A stretch of 64,000 nt of DNA from Octopus sinensis (GCF_006345805.1 NC_043005.1:22072001-22136000), one strand, 5' to 3'. Shown: positions 34,436 to 47,905, numbered from the stretch's first letter. Notes: a model not told the origin generated them from the letters alone. Made by a program: numbers and translations.

Positions 34436-36679
34436 GCATTATATATATGTTTCATTGGAGTATATAAACTCATTTGATTGAACATGTGAAATAAATGAGT
34501 GGTTAAGATCAGGAGTTGATATCAGCTGCAGGCATATATTTTGATGTGTGTAAGAGCACTTTATTCTATACTGCCTCAGTCTATTTAGCCGTCAGTACTT
34601 GATAGTTTGGGAATATTATTTGAAAGAGACTGACATCCCATTCAGGACATATATCTCTCATCATCTACTATTAATCACTAGTGTTTACATTACATTTATT
34701 ATCCATTACTAACAGAATTTATCCAAAACTAGATTTTTCTTTATCTTTAGTATTTTGAAACCTTTTCTTTCTTCTTTATTTGCATTTTTTTTCAAATTTT
34801 TATTGGGAATAAAATTTCTTTCACTTTGTAATCTCTCTTTAACCCTTAATAACAACTACTCTATTACTACTTACATCCTATTTATATTTGTATATTATAT
34901 TTTAATATTATCAGTATAAAGCAGCAGCAGTAGTAATGGTTGTGGTAGTAGTAGTAGTAGTGGTAGTAGTAGTAGTAGTAGTAGTAGTAGTAAAACAAAC
35001 CTCCAGCAAACTAGTTATTTGGATATAAAAGCTAAATGCATGAGAAGTAGGTTGTTCACATCAAAGAATTTTGTTCTTAACAATCTGTGACCAGTTTTCA
35101 TATTCTGAAACTACTGGATAAATGGTGAATACTCTTTGATCTATCCGCTCATTTCCTTTTCTTTGAAATCTTCTGAAAGCCATATTATATGTTATTTCCT
35201 TTGAAAATTATCGCTCTTGTATGAAATATTCATCAGTCTATAACAGTTTACTAACAATCCTGTTGTTTGAGCTTGTAGTTTATCCTTTTCTTTCTCATCA
35301 ACATCATCATCATCTGAGAAAATTGACTTTTGGTGTTGAGATGCTGTGAGCAAGCCTGGACTTGGCAAATACATTTTTCCTTTGTAATTTGAAAGACTGC
35401 AATTTATGTATTAATATAGAATAAAAGATTTGTGTGTTTGTGTGTTCACATACACTTTTTATCTTTTATTGATTTCTATGAAATTGGACTGCGTTTGTTC
35501 TTAGGCAATGCCTACAAGGGTTTACATGATCATGCTGAACTCGGTACTTATTATGGTGTGGTATTTTATCAATAGTTTTATTTAATGATTATTTTATCGC
35601 TGTCTATTTGTTGAACCATTAAATTGCAGAATATAAATAGACAACATAAAATACACTGGTTTTTAGACTGTAAACGTAAACACAAATATGAATACACACA
35701 TACAATACACATTTATATGGCAGGGTTCTGAATAGTTTTGTCTTCATAAAATATTCGTCAACCCAAGACTATAGTGTAAGTCATATATCCACTTTACCAT
35801 TTATTTGGATGGAATCCATGCGGTTAGAAAGCGTACTTCTTAAGCTATCAACCATGTCTGGATTGATGCATTGTTCATCCATTCACCAAGGTACATGTTA
35901 CAATTGCTGAAGAAACTCCTTTCTCAACTCTGCCCAGGAGCGGTTGAAAAGTTCGTAGGGTGACCAAGATACTCTCATGCAATGTGACCAAATGAAGTTT
36001 ATTTTTCAACACAGTCAGCTTTGCGGTCCACACTCTTACATCGGTATTGTAGTGCTTGAATCCCATTGGTGAAGAAGCTTTCATCCTGTTGGTCAAAAAA
36101 AGTAAATAAAGTCATCAACAGCAAATATGATACCATCATCATTTAAATATAGTATTTAAGCAATGTGTTCATGGTTGGTTAATGGTTAATGGATGCTTAA
36201 AAGAAAATCTGTAGATAACTTTAAAATGTAATTGAGTTGCACTGCTGATGCGGTAGGACATTATTGACCATGAAATATGGCATCCTTACCAACAATTTAT
36301 GTGTGTGTTTGTGTGTATATTTATATATATATATAGTATGTGGCTTTGTGGTTCATAGGCAAGTGTCTTCTGCAGCACCCAAGTGACCAAAGCCTTATGA
36401 GTTGATTTGGTAGACAGAAGCTGAAATAAGCTTGCTGTGTATGTATGTGTGTATTCATTTCCAATATTTTGCAAGGAAATGTCTAGCCATAGGGAAATAT
36501 TACCTTGCTTGAAAACAGGTGAGGGTTGGCAAAAGGAAGAGCATCCAACCATAGAAAATTTGCCTCAAATAAACTCCATCCAATCCATGTAAACTTAGAA
36601 AAGTGGACATTAAATGAAATGATGTTGATTTTTATATACACACACACACACAGATGGATATATGTATGTATGTTATACA

Positions 36680-37210
36680 TTGCTATCCAGTGCCCCCCCC
36701 CATCTCTATATACCCAGTTTTTTTCCACTCACTACATTCTCTTCCCCCACTCTACTTACGCTTCTTTGGCAATACCCTGCCACTTATATTATGACCCTCA
36801 TACCTCAAGGGTATGCCCCAACACCTGCCACCATCTATCTCTTGTACTTGTCCATTCCATTTATAGTCTGATCCCTATCTCCACCATCTCTTTCCTGCTC
36901 TCATACTCCTGCTGTTTCCCCACTCTCTCTCTCTCCTCTTACTCTTCCCTCAGGTTGGGTAACCATGTATCTCCTTTACAACAGCACGCCTGTTTCTGTC
37001 TCTCTGTCTCACTATAATCTTTCATAATCTAAAAAAAGATCCTGTCACTTCTCAAAGGATCTTTGTCTTGTAAAGAACTTGGTGACCCTGCCAGTGCTGG
37101 TGCCACTTAAAAAGCATCCAGTCCACATTGTAAAGTGTTAGGAAGGGCATCCAGCCATAAAAAAAACCCCTGCCAAAACAGGCATGGAAGGTGGATGTTA
37201 AACAATGATG

Positions 37211-37215
<5 letters not shown>
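36680..37215 (+). mobile_element. Second copy of the composite pyrimidine-rich plus RTE-tail element
   Basis: ctcttccctcaggttgggtaaccatgtatctcc is homologous (inverted) to 34298-34335. It ends gttaaacaatgatgat. Confidence 0.55.
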
Positions 37216-37244
<29 letters not shown>

Positions 37245-37295
37245 ATGTGTGTATATATATATATGTGTGTGTATGTGTGTATATATATGTGTGTG

Positions 37296-37340
<45 letters not shown>

Positions 37341-37470
37341 GTGTGTGTATGCATGTGTATATATGTATATGTGTATGGATGTGTATATATATATGTACAT
37401 GTGTGTGTGTGTCTATATATGTATGTTTATGTCTATATATATGCGTGTGTGTGTGTGTATGTATATATAT
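37213..37470. repeat. Long compound (TA)n(TG)n microsatellite
   Basis: Direct reading. It explains six overlapping junk ORFs. Confidence 0.95.
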
Positions 37471-40450
37471 TCTCATTAAATCCTACCCTATAAACTAGTT
37501 ATTGGTTATATCAGGCAAAATCTAAGTTAAGAAATTGTTTCTTAAAGTTGGCTTTCTCTACCATCTTTGAATATCAGTATTGTGGAGGTGACTATTCAGT
37601 CTGTGCTAGGTGAACACTTCACACCCAGCAAAGATGGTAAATTCATCATAAATATTAAGTTCACACAGTTAATATAATCTCGGATCATAACAGGAAACTA
37701 ACTTTTCTGTTTACTGTTTGTGAAATAGTGTGCAAGTTGTTTTCAGATAGCACTGTAGCCATAGCTATCTGATATTACTGGGCATATGGCAAGATAAAGG
37801 GTGAGTTATAAAAATAAGGACTGAAGGCAAGCAGCATTTCACTAGCATATATCCTGTTTATTGATTTTGCATATTTCATTTGAACAAGACTTACAGATAA
37901 AAGTACTCAATACTTCAGTGAGTAGTGTGCTTTATTCTGTTTTAAGTTACTTGTTTCAGTTCTCAGATTTAGACTAGCTTTCAAATCTGGAAACTGAAAT
38001 GGAATTTTGTAAACAAGTAACTTAATGTGTGTGTTGTGTGATAAGTTTGCTTTCCACTCACATAGTTCTGAGTACAGTTCTACTGCTTGGCACCTTGGGC
38101 AAATGTTTTTGTTATAGCCCTGGGCCAACCAAATCTTTGTGAGTAGATTTGATTGATGGAAACTGAAAAATGGCTGTTATATATGAATGTATGTGTGTGT
38201 GTGTGTGTGTTACTGTCTCCTTGCCATAACATTGCATGATAGTTGTAAACAAGTCTCACTGTCATGGAAGCAGTGTCCTTCATTTCCAATTTTCCAAATC
38301 TTGTCTATCATGGGGTAATGTTACCTTATTTGGGAAAAGGAAGGGCATCCAGTTGTAGAAATCTGCCTCAGCAAATTTTGTCTGACCCATGTGAGCATTG
38401 AAAAGTGAGCATTTAATGATGATGAAAATAACTGGAAATAATAGACATGCTGCTCCTGTTGTAGCTCAGGTCAGGCCTGATTCAGTCTCCAGTTGTCACA
38501 ATTTCTTTGTTTTTTTATCTTTGTTTTTTTTTCATTTTTTTTTTCAGACTTAGTGTATCTAGGATTGCAATTTGAATTTGGTAGAGGTTTAGCATGACAA
38601 ATTTGGCTGCTAATTCTAGGAAAATGAGTTACCATATAGAGGTTCCTTTGTTGGCTTGGGAAATTTCTTTCTTGGTTTGATTGAATGCAGAGGCAAGCAC
38701 GAGTTCAGGGAGGTAGATTGGCAGAATTAACAGAGCATTGCTTGAGGTGGCTTACAGTATCTGTTCTAGCTCTTGGTTTTCTGACAGCAACATTTGCAAG
38801 AACATTGGTGTCAAACTATATTGGCACCAGTGTTGTTGGTAGCAGGCTGGTTTTCCCCTTGGAGTGGAGAAAAGAGTCTGGCATGCACGGGCAACTTCCA
38901 GTCTTCAACCAATGGAGGCTCTAGCAGAGACAAGCAGTGAACAGAAAAGCAGCTCAAAGAAGCTATGGTTGCTATTTTTTTAGCAGGTTGAGTATCCATG
39001 TAGAGCAGGCTGGGGAACTCCTTGCTTGCAGGTAACACCTTTCTTACATTAAAAATTGAAACTGTCTGTTAAGGATATCTCTAATAAACCCACATGAAAG
39101 GAAACAGTTTAAGCTTTCAGGTTAAAACTGAAATTTAATATAACTTGTGAACATAAACAGTTATGTCTCTCAGCACAGATGCCTCACAATTTACCCCTGG
39201 TACTAAAAAGGCTCTTCTCCTTTGATGGAGAGGGTCTAATTTTTTGAGGTTGCTCTCTTCTGGCTTATAATGTGGATATAGACAAAATACATTATAAGTG
39301 AATATAAAGCACAATTTCCCTATAAAACCTTATACATACCTCTTGTGATTCAAATCTCAGCTTGATATATAAACAAACATATGGAACTAATTAATGTTAA
39401 ATGTCTTTGAGATGTTTCTGGAATAATGATGTAGGAAACCCCCACCTTTAATTTCTCTTATTTTAGCTGTTTTCTCAGTTGAAAAAAAAAGTGTTCAAAG
39501 AATATTTTATGGAGTTATGTGGCAAGGGAGGAATGTTCTGTAAATTCATTAACAGATTGTAAAACATTACCTTCAAACATTTATAATTCTAATTAAATGC
39601 TTCAGAATGTTTTTTTTTAATTTGAAAACATTGCCAAGGAATTTGTATCTTTGTTTCCTCTAGCTTATATTTTAAACAGTTTGAAAATATAACTTTACTT
39701 GTTTTTGCTTATAAGTTACTTGTATGTTGAAAAAATCAGTGTCACTTGCTTAAGTATTTTGAGTTTCTGATTAGAAGCAGTCTTCAGGTAAAGACTACTC
39801 TCAATGGAAAACTTAAAGTTGTTTAATTGAGTTTAAAACAAAAAAGAAAATGAATGTCTTAGTCAGAAGAGGAAGAGCAGTACTCATTGCTCCCTTTAGA
39901 GTACCTGAAACTGGTAGATGGATGTTAAAATGCTATAGGATTGAACTCGAAAGCACAAAGCAAACTTTTTAACCATATATATTTCATTAACATTTCTTTG
40001 TACCAGTAATTAATACACACATGAAGACATGTGCATATGTGCACTCACAAAAGCATACATGCATATATATATATATATACACATACATACAAACATATAT
40101 ATATATATATATATGCATGTATGCTTTTGTGAGTGCACATATGCAGTTTCGAAATCCAATGATACCCTACACACCTATTTGGTTATGAAATTTTACAAAT
40201 ACACTTTCTCAGGGAGACTTGATATACCTATCATTATGGATAATACTAAATGTACCTTTCGGATTTTTCATAATGTGATGTAACTTTTTGGTATAACAAT
40301 TGCATGCGGCTGAAGAGAACTTTAAACCATCCTTTATGTCTATTATACACTGATGTAAGAATAGGCCATTTATAAAGCTTGAAACACGTGTACCACGACA
40401 TCCTTTGTGTTCTGTTTTTGATTTCATTTGATACATATATAATATAATAT

Positions 40451-40690
40451 ATCATCATCATCATCGTTTAACGTCCGTTTTCCGTGCTAGCACAGGTTGG
40501 ACGGTTTCGACCGGGGTCTGGGGAGCTAGGGACTGCCCCAGGCTCCAGTCTAGTCTGGCAGTGTTTCTACAGCTGGATGCCCTTCCTAACGCCAACCACT
40601 CCGCGAGTGTAGTGGGTGTTTTTTACGTACCACCTGCACAGGTGCCAGAGGGGTCTGGCATCGGCCATGTTTGGATGGTGCTTTTTATGG
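40451..40690 (-). mobile_element. RTE LINE 3'UTR fragment
   Basis: catcatcatcatcgtttaacgtccg...ctacagctggatgcccttcctaacgccaaccactcc. Confidence 0.85.
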
Positions 40691-40940
40691 GGGGGGGGGG
40701 CAGAAATATAGGGGAGCACCAGTGGGGAGGGGTGGTTCAGAGAAATGATGACAGGTTCTAGGCAAGTAGAACGTAGGATATCAAGAGAGGGGTAATGCAT
40801 GGTGAAATAGCGTATTGAAGAGGGGGGTTCAAAGAGTAGACACCTATAATGGTGGTGGGAGAAGCGACATCCGGTATAGATGGAGCAAAAATATAGAGAT
40901 ATCCGGTATTGGTGGTGGGGGTGGGCAAGGGCGGGTGCAC

Positions 40941-41376
40941 CGGGAATATGACGGGCTGGCTTAAAAATGCTCTTAGCAAAGGAAGAGGGGGGATGGCAGA
41001 CAGCGTAAAGCTTAAAAGAGGGAGACAGAGAGAGAAAGAAGGGAAATAGCGGAACCCCGCGGAAATGGGCCGCCATTGAAAAAACCCCTGTATGGAGAAA
41101 TAATATGCAATACGAGGCGAAGCTGAAAATAGTAATAATAATAATATTATTAATAAGCAAATTTTCGACCGAGGATCAAAGGGACAATACTAATAGTAAT
41201 AATAATAAATAAATAATAACAGCTCAACCACAACATTAGATTAGAAAGACTCTCTTATCTTGGGAACATTTCGTTCTTCGGCCTGACACGGGAATATGAC
41301 GGGCTGGCTTAAAAATGCTCTTAGCAAAGGAAGAGGGGGGATGGCAGACAGCGTAAAGCGTAAAAGAGGGAGACAG
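40941..41376. repeat. 88-bp direct repeat (87/88 identical) flanking 260 bp
   Basis: 40941-41028 matches 41289-41376 (cgggaatatgacgggctggc...aaaagagggagacag), with one T/G difference. Confidence 0.9.
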
Positions 41377-41470
41377 TATATATATATATATATATATAGA
41401 TATATATATATATATACACACATATATATACATATGCACATACATACTCAGACACAAGTATATACATATA

Positions 41471-41990
41471 CAGGGTGTTCAAGCTAAGTTTGACAGTTTG
41501 CATAAATGGAGAACAAAACACAATATGCCATCCAAAAGTAAAAGAATTTGAGAAAAGTCACAAAATATAAACTGGGTTATGATTAGTGGGTAACAGTTTA
41601 GTCAAAGTAGCTGCCCTCAACTTTCACCACAGCTTCAAAGACAGCTTTGGAATCTGGTGTGTATGTTCCTCACTGTATCCCTGGGAAGATCTTTGAACAC
41701 CTCCTTCATCTTGGTTACAGCTCAGTCTTGATGTCATAGGCTGAGCTTCAACTGTGCCTCACACATAGTAATCCATGGAATTACAATCAGGGAAATCAGG
41801 GCATCAGAAATTGGGGCTAGTGAAGTTGCAGAAATTTTGACAACCACTTCTGACTCTTTACAGAAGTATGGCTAGGAGCCGAATCTTGTTTGTCACACAT
41901 ATGGCCCTCTAGCAGTTTTTCATAGGCATTTGTTGTTAAATGAATTTCAACTACAACTTTAATCATTATGCTCACCAATGCTGTTGACTG
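41471..41990 (-). mobile_element. Tc1/maT-like transposon 3' remnant
   Basis: A CAGGGTG terminus preceded by TA at ~41471. The minus strand gives a frameshifted PNF..PDCNSMDYYV motif (compare WPPNSPDCNPMDYYVWG). Confidence 0.65.
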
Positions 41991-42299
41991 TTCATATTAC
42001 ACCAAGCTGTTCTTGAAAAGAGGAGACAAAAAAAAAATCATTGAATTTAACCCTTTATATATGTAACATCCTATACACATGCATATTTATACAGACACAT
42101 GCACATATGCACAAACATGCATGCATAAAGGTGAAATAAGCATCAGTGATGCTTTTTCCTATGCAGCAACTGCAGGAGCTACTTAGGTTTTGCAAGTTCT
42201 TTTAAATCCATTGCTATGCTGGAAACCCTTCTGTATCATCAGTAGGTATCTCAAGGTCACAAGCATTTTGCCTCTTAGTCTGTATGTTTCATCTGAATG

Positions 42300-43050
42300 A
42301 GGCTGTGAAGACTGAACTAGTCTTCAACTACAGAAGGATTCCATTTGCTGTCTTAGCCACCTTGAGCTACTTTCAGCTGCTGTGCCTATTTCCTTGATAA
42401 CTTTCTTCAGTTGTCTGGGTTCCAGACCTATCTTCTCTAGGAAATAGCGCACTGAACAGCTTGGAAAGCTGCAGCAACTGACTTCAATGAGTAATGAGGC
42501 CACATGCCCTCCCTTGATAAGAGCCTCATCAACTATTTCCTGATATTTTTCTTTACTTGATAGTGAGTATCAAAGTCTGTCATCCCAAGACACTGTGAGT
42601 TCACCACAATGATTGTTTTTGTATTCCAGGAGAGCAGGAACATGTCTGGTCAGAGTAATGTTATCACTATCTCCTCTGGGAAGACAAGTTTGCCTTTCAG
42701 GTCCCCTTGCATCTCTCAGGCTGAGGCTAAATGCGAAATAGAAAATGGGCCCCCGTGACATAGCTTTCATCATGGGAACTTTGTCACCTTCCTTTTAGGA
42801 ATTTGATACCCTTTGGTGGTCACAACTTGTGTTTATTAACTTTCACTGTTTGCAGGTGAGTTCATTTAGCAGTTTTCTCAAGGACCTTGTCATGTCTCCA
42901 ATAGTTTTGGCTTTCTCTCAGTGCCCTAAGGCATCCAGTCAAAATGTAGTTCAGAGTGCAAAAAGTTGCTCTGCACTACTTGCAGAATTGGTCCATTTCT
43001 TTGTCCCATTTGGTTTGCAAGATTCTTTGTGAGTTCATGTATTGAAGCAT
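42300..43050 (-). mobile_element. Hero/NeSL-like RLE LINE 3' remnant
   Basis: The minus strand reads ELTVSWDDRL..KEKYQEIVDE..IEVSCCSFPSCSVRYFLEKIGLEP..KKVIKEIGTAA, a degenerate ELTVPWE..K..KY..IEVGCRGF RLE motif set. Confidence 0.7.
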
Positions 43051-43053
43051 AAT

Positions 43054-43221
43054 CTGTTGTGTCTGGGGACAGTCATTCTCTTTTGGTGCCTTATAATTTA
43101 ACACACTCACCAGTAAAATTTCCACTTATTTTTAGAAAAAAAGAAATAAGTGGAAATTTTACTGATGAGTGTTTTAAATTATAAGGCACCAAAAGAGAAT
43201 GCTTCTCCCCAGACACAACAG
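43054..43221. repeat. Fold-back element, ~80-bp arms with a short A-rich loop
   Basis: ctgttgtgtctgggga..attctcttttggtgccttataatttaa..agtaaaatttccacttattt pairs with aaataagtggaaattttact..aaattataaggcaccaaaagagaat..tccccagacacaacag. Confidence 0.9.
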
Positions 43222-43244
43222 TATATATATATATATATATATAT

Positions 43245-43525
43245 CATCATGATCATCGTTTAATGTCCGCTTTCCATGCTAGCATGGGTTGGACGGTTCA
43301 ACTGGGGTCTGGCAAGCCCGAAGGCTGCACCAGGCCAGTCAGATCTGGCAGTGTTTCTACAGCTGGATGCCCTTCCTAACGCCAACCACTCCGAGAGTGT
43401 AGTGGGTGATTTTATGTGCCACCGACACAGGTGCCAGACGAGGCTGGCAGACGGTCACGCTCGAATGGTGTTTTTTATGTGCCACCGACACAGGTGCCAG
43501 ACGAGGCTGGCAGGTGCCAGACGAG
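43245..43525 (-). mobile_element. RTE LINE 3'UTR fragment
   Basis: Conserved RTE tail block plus three repeat units. Confidence 0.85.
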
Positions 43526-46199
43526 ATATATATATATATATAGAAAATGGATGTTTAATTATGATGATTATGGTGTTCATAAATTGTCTTTACAACTTCC
43601 ACAATTTATGGTGTCTATTAAAGTCGAGATTCATCAATCAACTTCTTTGCAACCAGCAGACCCCATGTGGAAGTGTTCTGATGTTTGAAAAACATTTATT
43701 TGTTTGCCTATGAATTATCCTTATTTTTCATTTTTTCCTGAAATTTTCAAATTGTAATGGTAATTTATGAATACTCTGTGTTTGTTTGTGTACACACACA
43801 TGCACACCTACAGAAAAGGGTCAACTGAAAAGTTCATGGGCTGACTGTGATACTCTCATGGAATGTGACCAAATGAAGTTTATTTATCAACATAGTCTTC
43901 CTTGCAGCCCACATTGCTTGAATCCTAACTGGGGTTGATTAAACCAACTCTATCCATTCAGATAGCATTATATGGTGGAATTAAAAACTTTATAGTTAAA
44001 TGCCTTTTTCATTTTCCTCTCTATTTCTGAGTTTAATTACTAGTGTAGCCAAATTGACCTTGTTTCTAAAGTGACACAAGTATGTGACATTGAGAGGACA
44101 TGGTTATTCTTGGGTGATTTCATCTTGCCAAACTCTGAAGTAGGTTGGCACATTTTCCCTTGATGAAAATTTCACTTTGTAGCTTTTCAATGATACAGAT
44201 ACTTTAAGTATCATATAGATAAAAATTATATTCTGTTGTTTTTGTTTAACACCTTGTCATCCTTATATGAATTGACTTATGATCAAGGGTATTGCAGTCA
44301 TAACTATATTGTGTTGTTGTTTAGCCACAGGTCAGCCTTGACTGAGCAGACCTATGATCAGAGGCATTTCAGTCATGAGCAAGTTGTCTTTCTCTTGTGC
44401 ATATCTTGGATTACATTATGCAATGTGTCCCTCTCATTTTTTAAATGGCAGTGTAATTTAAAGGAAATTTGACTGATATTTCTAACAGATTGAATGAAAA
44501 TGTTGAAGCCACTTGGCTCATTTTATTGTATGCATATGGTGAGGTGGGTAGGTAGGTCAGCCATGCTGTATTTCACTGCAAATTTGTGGTCTCATGCCAG
44601 TATTTAAATTGTCAAATTAGCTATATGGTAGCACATTGGCAGAATTGGTTGAGCTTTAGACAAAATGGCATTTATTTTCTGAGTTCAAATGACACTTGGG
44701 TCATCTTGGTTTTTCATCCTTCTGTAGATTGATAAGCACCAGTTGAGTATTGTGCTTGATAGAATTGGCCATAATCTCCCCACAGTATCTGGTCTTTGCT
44801 TAATGTTAGAAATCAGTATTCCATCTTGTCCTTGAATATTCTAAGTTTAAACTTTCTAAAATGTGGCAGTTGGAAATATTCCAAAATTTCTTTAAGGATA
44901 CAAAATGAAAACAAAATGAAGTATACCCTTTCCACTTACTACAAGCTCTTCTGTTGTCCGTTCCTGTTCTGTCCTTCAGCGCTAACAAACAGGATTATTA
45001 TTTGATGTCTCTTGTTTGTTTTGACTTCTTAGAATCTAATGTTGGCAGATGTCTATCATCTGAAGTAACAAGTCATTTCACTGACTTTTTTCACTGGAAT
45101 AGTTTTACCATACTTTCTTCTCTCTCTCTCTCTCTCTCTCTCTCTATGTTGTGTACATGCATGCACGCAAAATGACTTGGACTATAAACTGCTCAACTAT
45201 ATATATTTAGAAGTAAGATGGCTGAAAGGATGAGTGAGTGAGATTGTGGTTTACCTTCAAATAGAGCATGAATTTAAATCCACTTCAACAATGCTTTATT
45301 CTACATTACCTCAGTTCAGAGTAAATCTTAATGCCATGTTACTCTCTTGGAACTGAGGTTAAGATTTATGTTTTTATTATAAATGAATATATAATATAAT
45401 AATAAATTAATAAATGAAATAGGTATGTCAGCAACTGGTACTTAGTTAAATGGGATGTAGTGGAGTTGATTATTTCTTTTTGTTTTTTTATCAAATCAGT
45501 GTAAGCAATCTTTCTAGCAGTTGTGTTGACAATAGAATGAGCATGAATTTTTTGTCTATAATGAGTTACATTTAGTTGATAGATTCTGTAGTATAAGTGT
45601 GAAAAATCAAGGGAAATGCAATAATAAAACTTTGCTGTGTGGCTTTTTGTAATGTTTAGTTATTGTCATCATCAGTGTAGTAACATGTTTTCCTTTGCTA
45701 GCATTAGTGTGGCATCTCACCATTGTTATTGATCTAGTGTTACCTCATCAGTAAGGCCCAATATTCAGAAATCTGACCTTAATACTTCTTCCCATTTTTC
45801 TGTCTTTGCAAACCATAATTACCTCTCCCAGTCATCATCCCTGTCTCCCACTCATTTTGAAAGCATTTTTGTAGGGTTTAGTTTTATTTCACTCCAAGTT
45901 CATCCTGCAGAAGTAGCTTTGCCTATTATCTCCCAGGGGCTGATTGCATAAATACTAATAATGTAATGTGGTGATTGTAATTGACATAGTATTCTTTTTC
46001 TTTTAAAGACAATTCATTATTTTTAATACTGTCATATCATCTTTAGATTTACTTGTGTACATTTCTAACAATAAGCATTTGATAACTCCATTCTAAGCTG
46101 TTATTTTAACAGTTGTGCAAAGGTAGAAAAATAATTTTGTTATCTGATGAGATATGAAAAGGTATTGAAAGTGAAAGATGTCAAGTGGCCCAGTGAAGA

Positions 46200-47905
46200 A
46201 CATGAATTGTAATTGATACAGTGATACTTTAGATAGAAATAACTACAGGGGTATCAAACTGCTGGATCAGGTGATGAAGGTCATGGAGAGGGTCATAGCC
46301 CAACTAATTAGATGAGATGCTGTTTGGTTTTGTGCCAGATAGAAGTACCACTGTTGTTATATTTCTGGTAAGGCAACTGCAGGAGAAATACCTAGCCAAA
46401 GATAAATCCCTATACTTGGATTTTGTTGACTTGAAGAAAACCTTTGATAGGGTCCTCCAATCTGGTGGACGATGCAGAAACTTGGGATAGACAAAGTCCT
46501 AGTAAGTAGGAAGGTGAACAAATCGCAAACCCCTTCAGGTAGATGACTCTGCTCAATCTGTAGAAAAGGTGTTGGTAGAAACTTCATAAGATGTACCCAG
46601 TGTAAGCTATGGATGCATAAGAGGTGCAGTAACATGAAAAGAAGGATAGTTTTTGTGTGTGGCAGATGCAGAGGGGCAATAGAAACCAAAGCGGTTCAGA
46701 AAGCAGATTCCATCACAGGCCAAGGGGTGAGAAACTAGAAGTAGTTGATAGCTTTCACTACCTAGGTGACCAAGTCTGTAGTGGGGGTGGATGCTCTGAG
46801 AGCGTTGCCACTAGAATAAGAGTAGCCTGGACTAAGTTCAGAAAGCTGCTACCTCTGCTGGTGACAAAGGCCTCTCACTCAGAGTGAAAGGTAGACTGTG
46901 TGATGCATGTGTACGAACAGCCATGCTACACGGCAGTGAAACATGGGCCAGGACATATGTAGGCTTGAAAGAAACGAAGCTAGAATGATCTATTGGATGT
47001 GTAATGTCATTGTGCACACACAACAGTGTAAGCCTCTTGAGAGAAATGTTGGACATAAGAAGCATCAGATGTGGTGTGCAAGAGAGATGACTGCACTGGT
47101 ATGGTCATGTGCTGTGTATGGATGAGGAGAGCTGTGTGAAGAAGTCTCACTCCTAACAGTAGAAGGAATTCGTGGAAGATGGAGACCCAGGAAGACATGG
47201 GATGAGGTGGTGAAGCATGACCTTTGAATGTTGGGCTTCACAGAGGCAATGACAAGAGACTGAAACCTCTGGAGATACTGAAGATATACTGTGATTGAGA
47301 AGACCCGGCAAGTAAAGTGAGATCACAGCGGTAGCTTATACCAGTGTGGCATAACCAGCCCATTTAAAAAGTACCTTTGAATCGTCAGGTGACGTACCGT
47401 GCTTGAGGAGACCTAGTGAGTGAAGTAAAATGAAAATCAAAATCAATCAGAATCTCAATCAAATCGAAATCAAAATGGAAATTGTAGTTGTGGCCGATGC
47501 CAGTCCCACCCGACTGGCTCCCATGATGGTGGAATGCAATAAGTACCATTCATGCATGGGTCGATGCCAGTGCCACCCGACTGGTTCCCTGTGCTGGTGG
47601 CACGTAAAAAGCACCATCCGAACATGGTCGATACCAGTCCTCCCACTCCCCGACTGGCTCCTGTGCTGGTGGCACATAAAAAGCACCATATCTGAATGTG
47701 GTTGATGCCAGTGCCACTGGACTGGTTCCTGTGCTGGTGGCACATAAAAAGCACCCACTACACTCTCAGAATGGTTGGCATTAGGAAGGGCATCCAGCTG
47801 TAGAAACTTTGCCAGATCAGATTGGAGCCTGGTGCAGCTTCCTGGCTTCCAGTCAAACCATCCAACCCATGCCACAATGGAAAACTGACGTTAAACGATG
47901 ATGAT
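46200..47905 (+). mobile_element. 5'-truncated, internally deleted RTE LINE
   Basis: NYRGIKLLDQVMKVMERVIAQ..FGFVPDRSTT..RQLQEKYLAKDKSLYLDFVDLKKTFDRV; LEVVDSFHYLGD; AWTKFRKLLPLL; WYGHV. The 3'UTR repeats and (GAT)n tail follow. Confidence 0.9.

Noticed and set aside
37052-37498. Six overlapping 86-114 aa ORFs
   Set aside because: Translations of a (TA)n(TG)n microsatellite.
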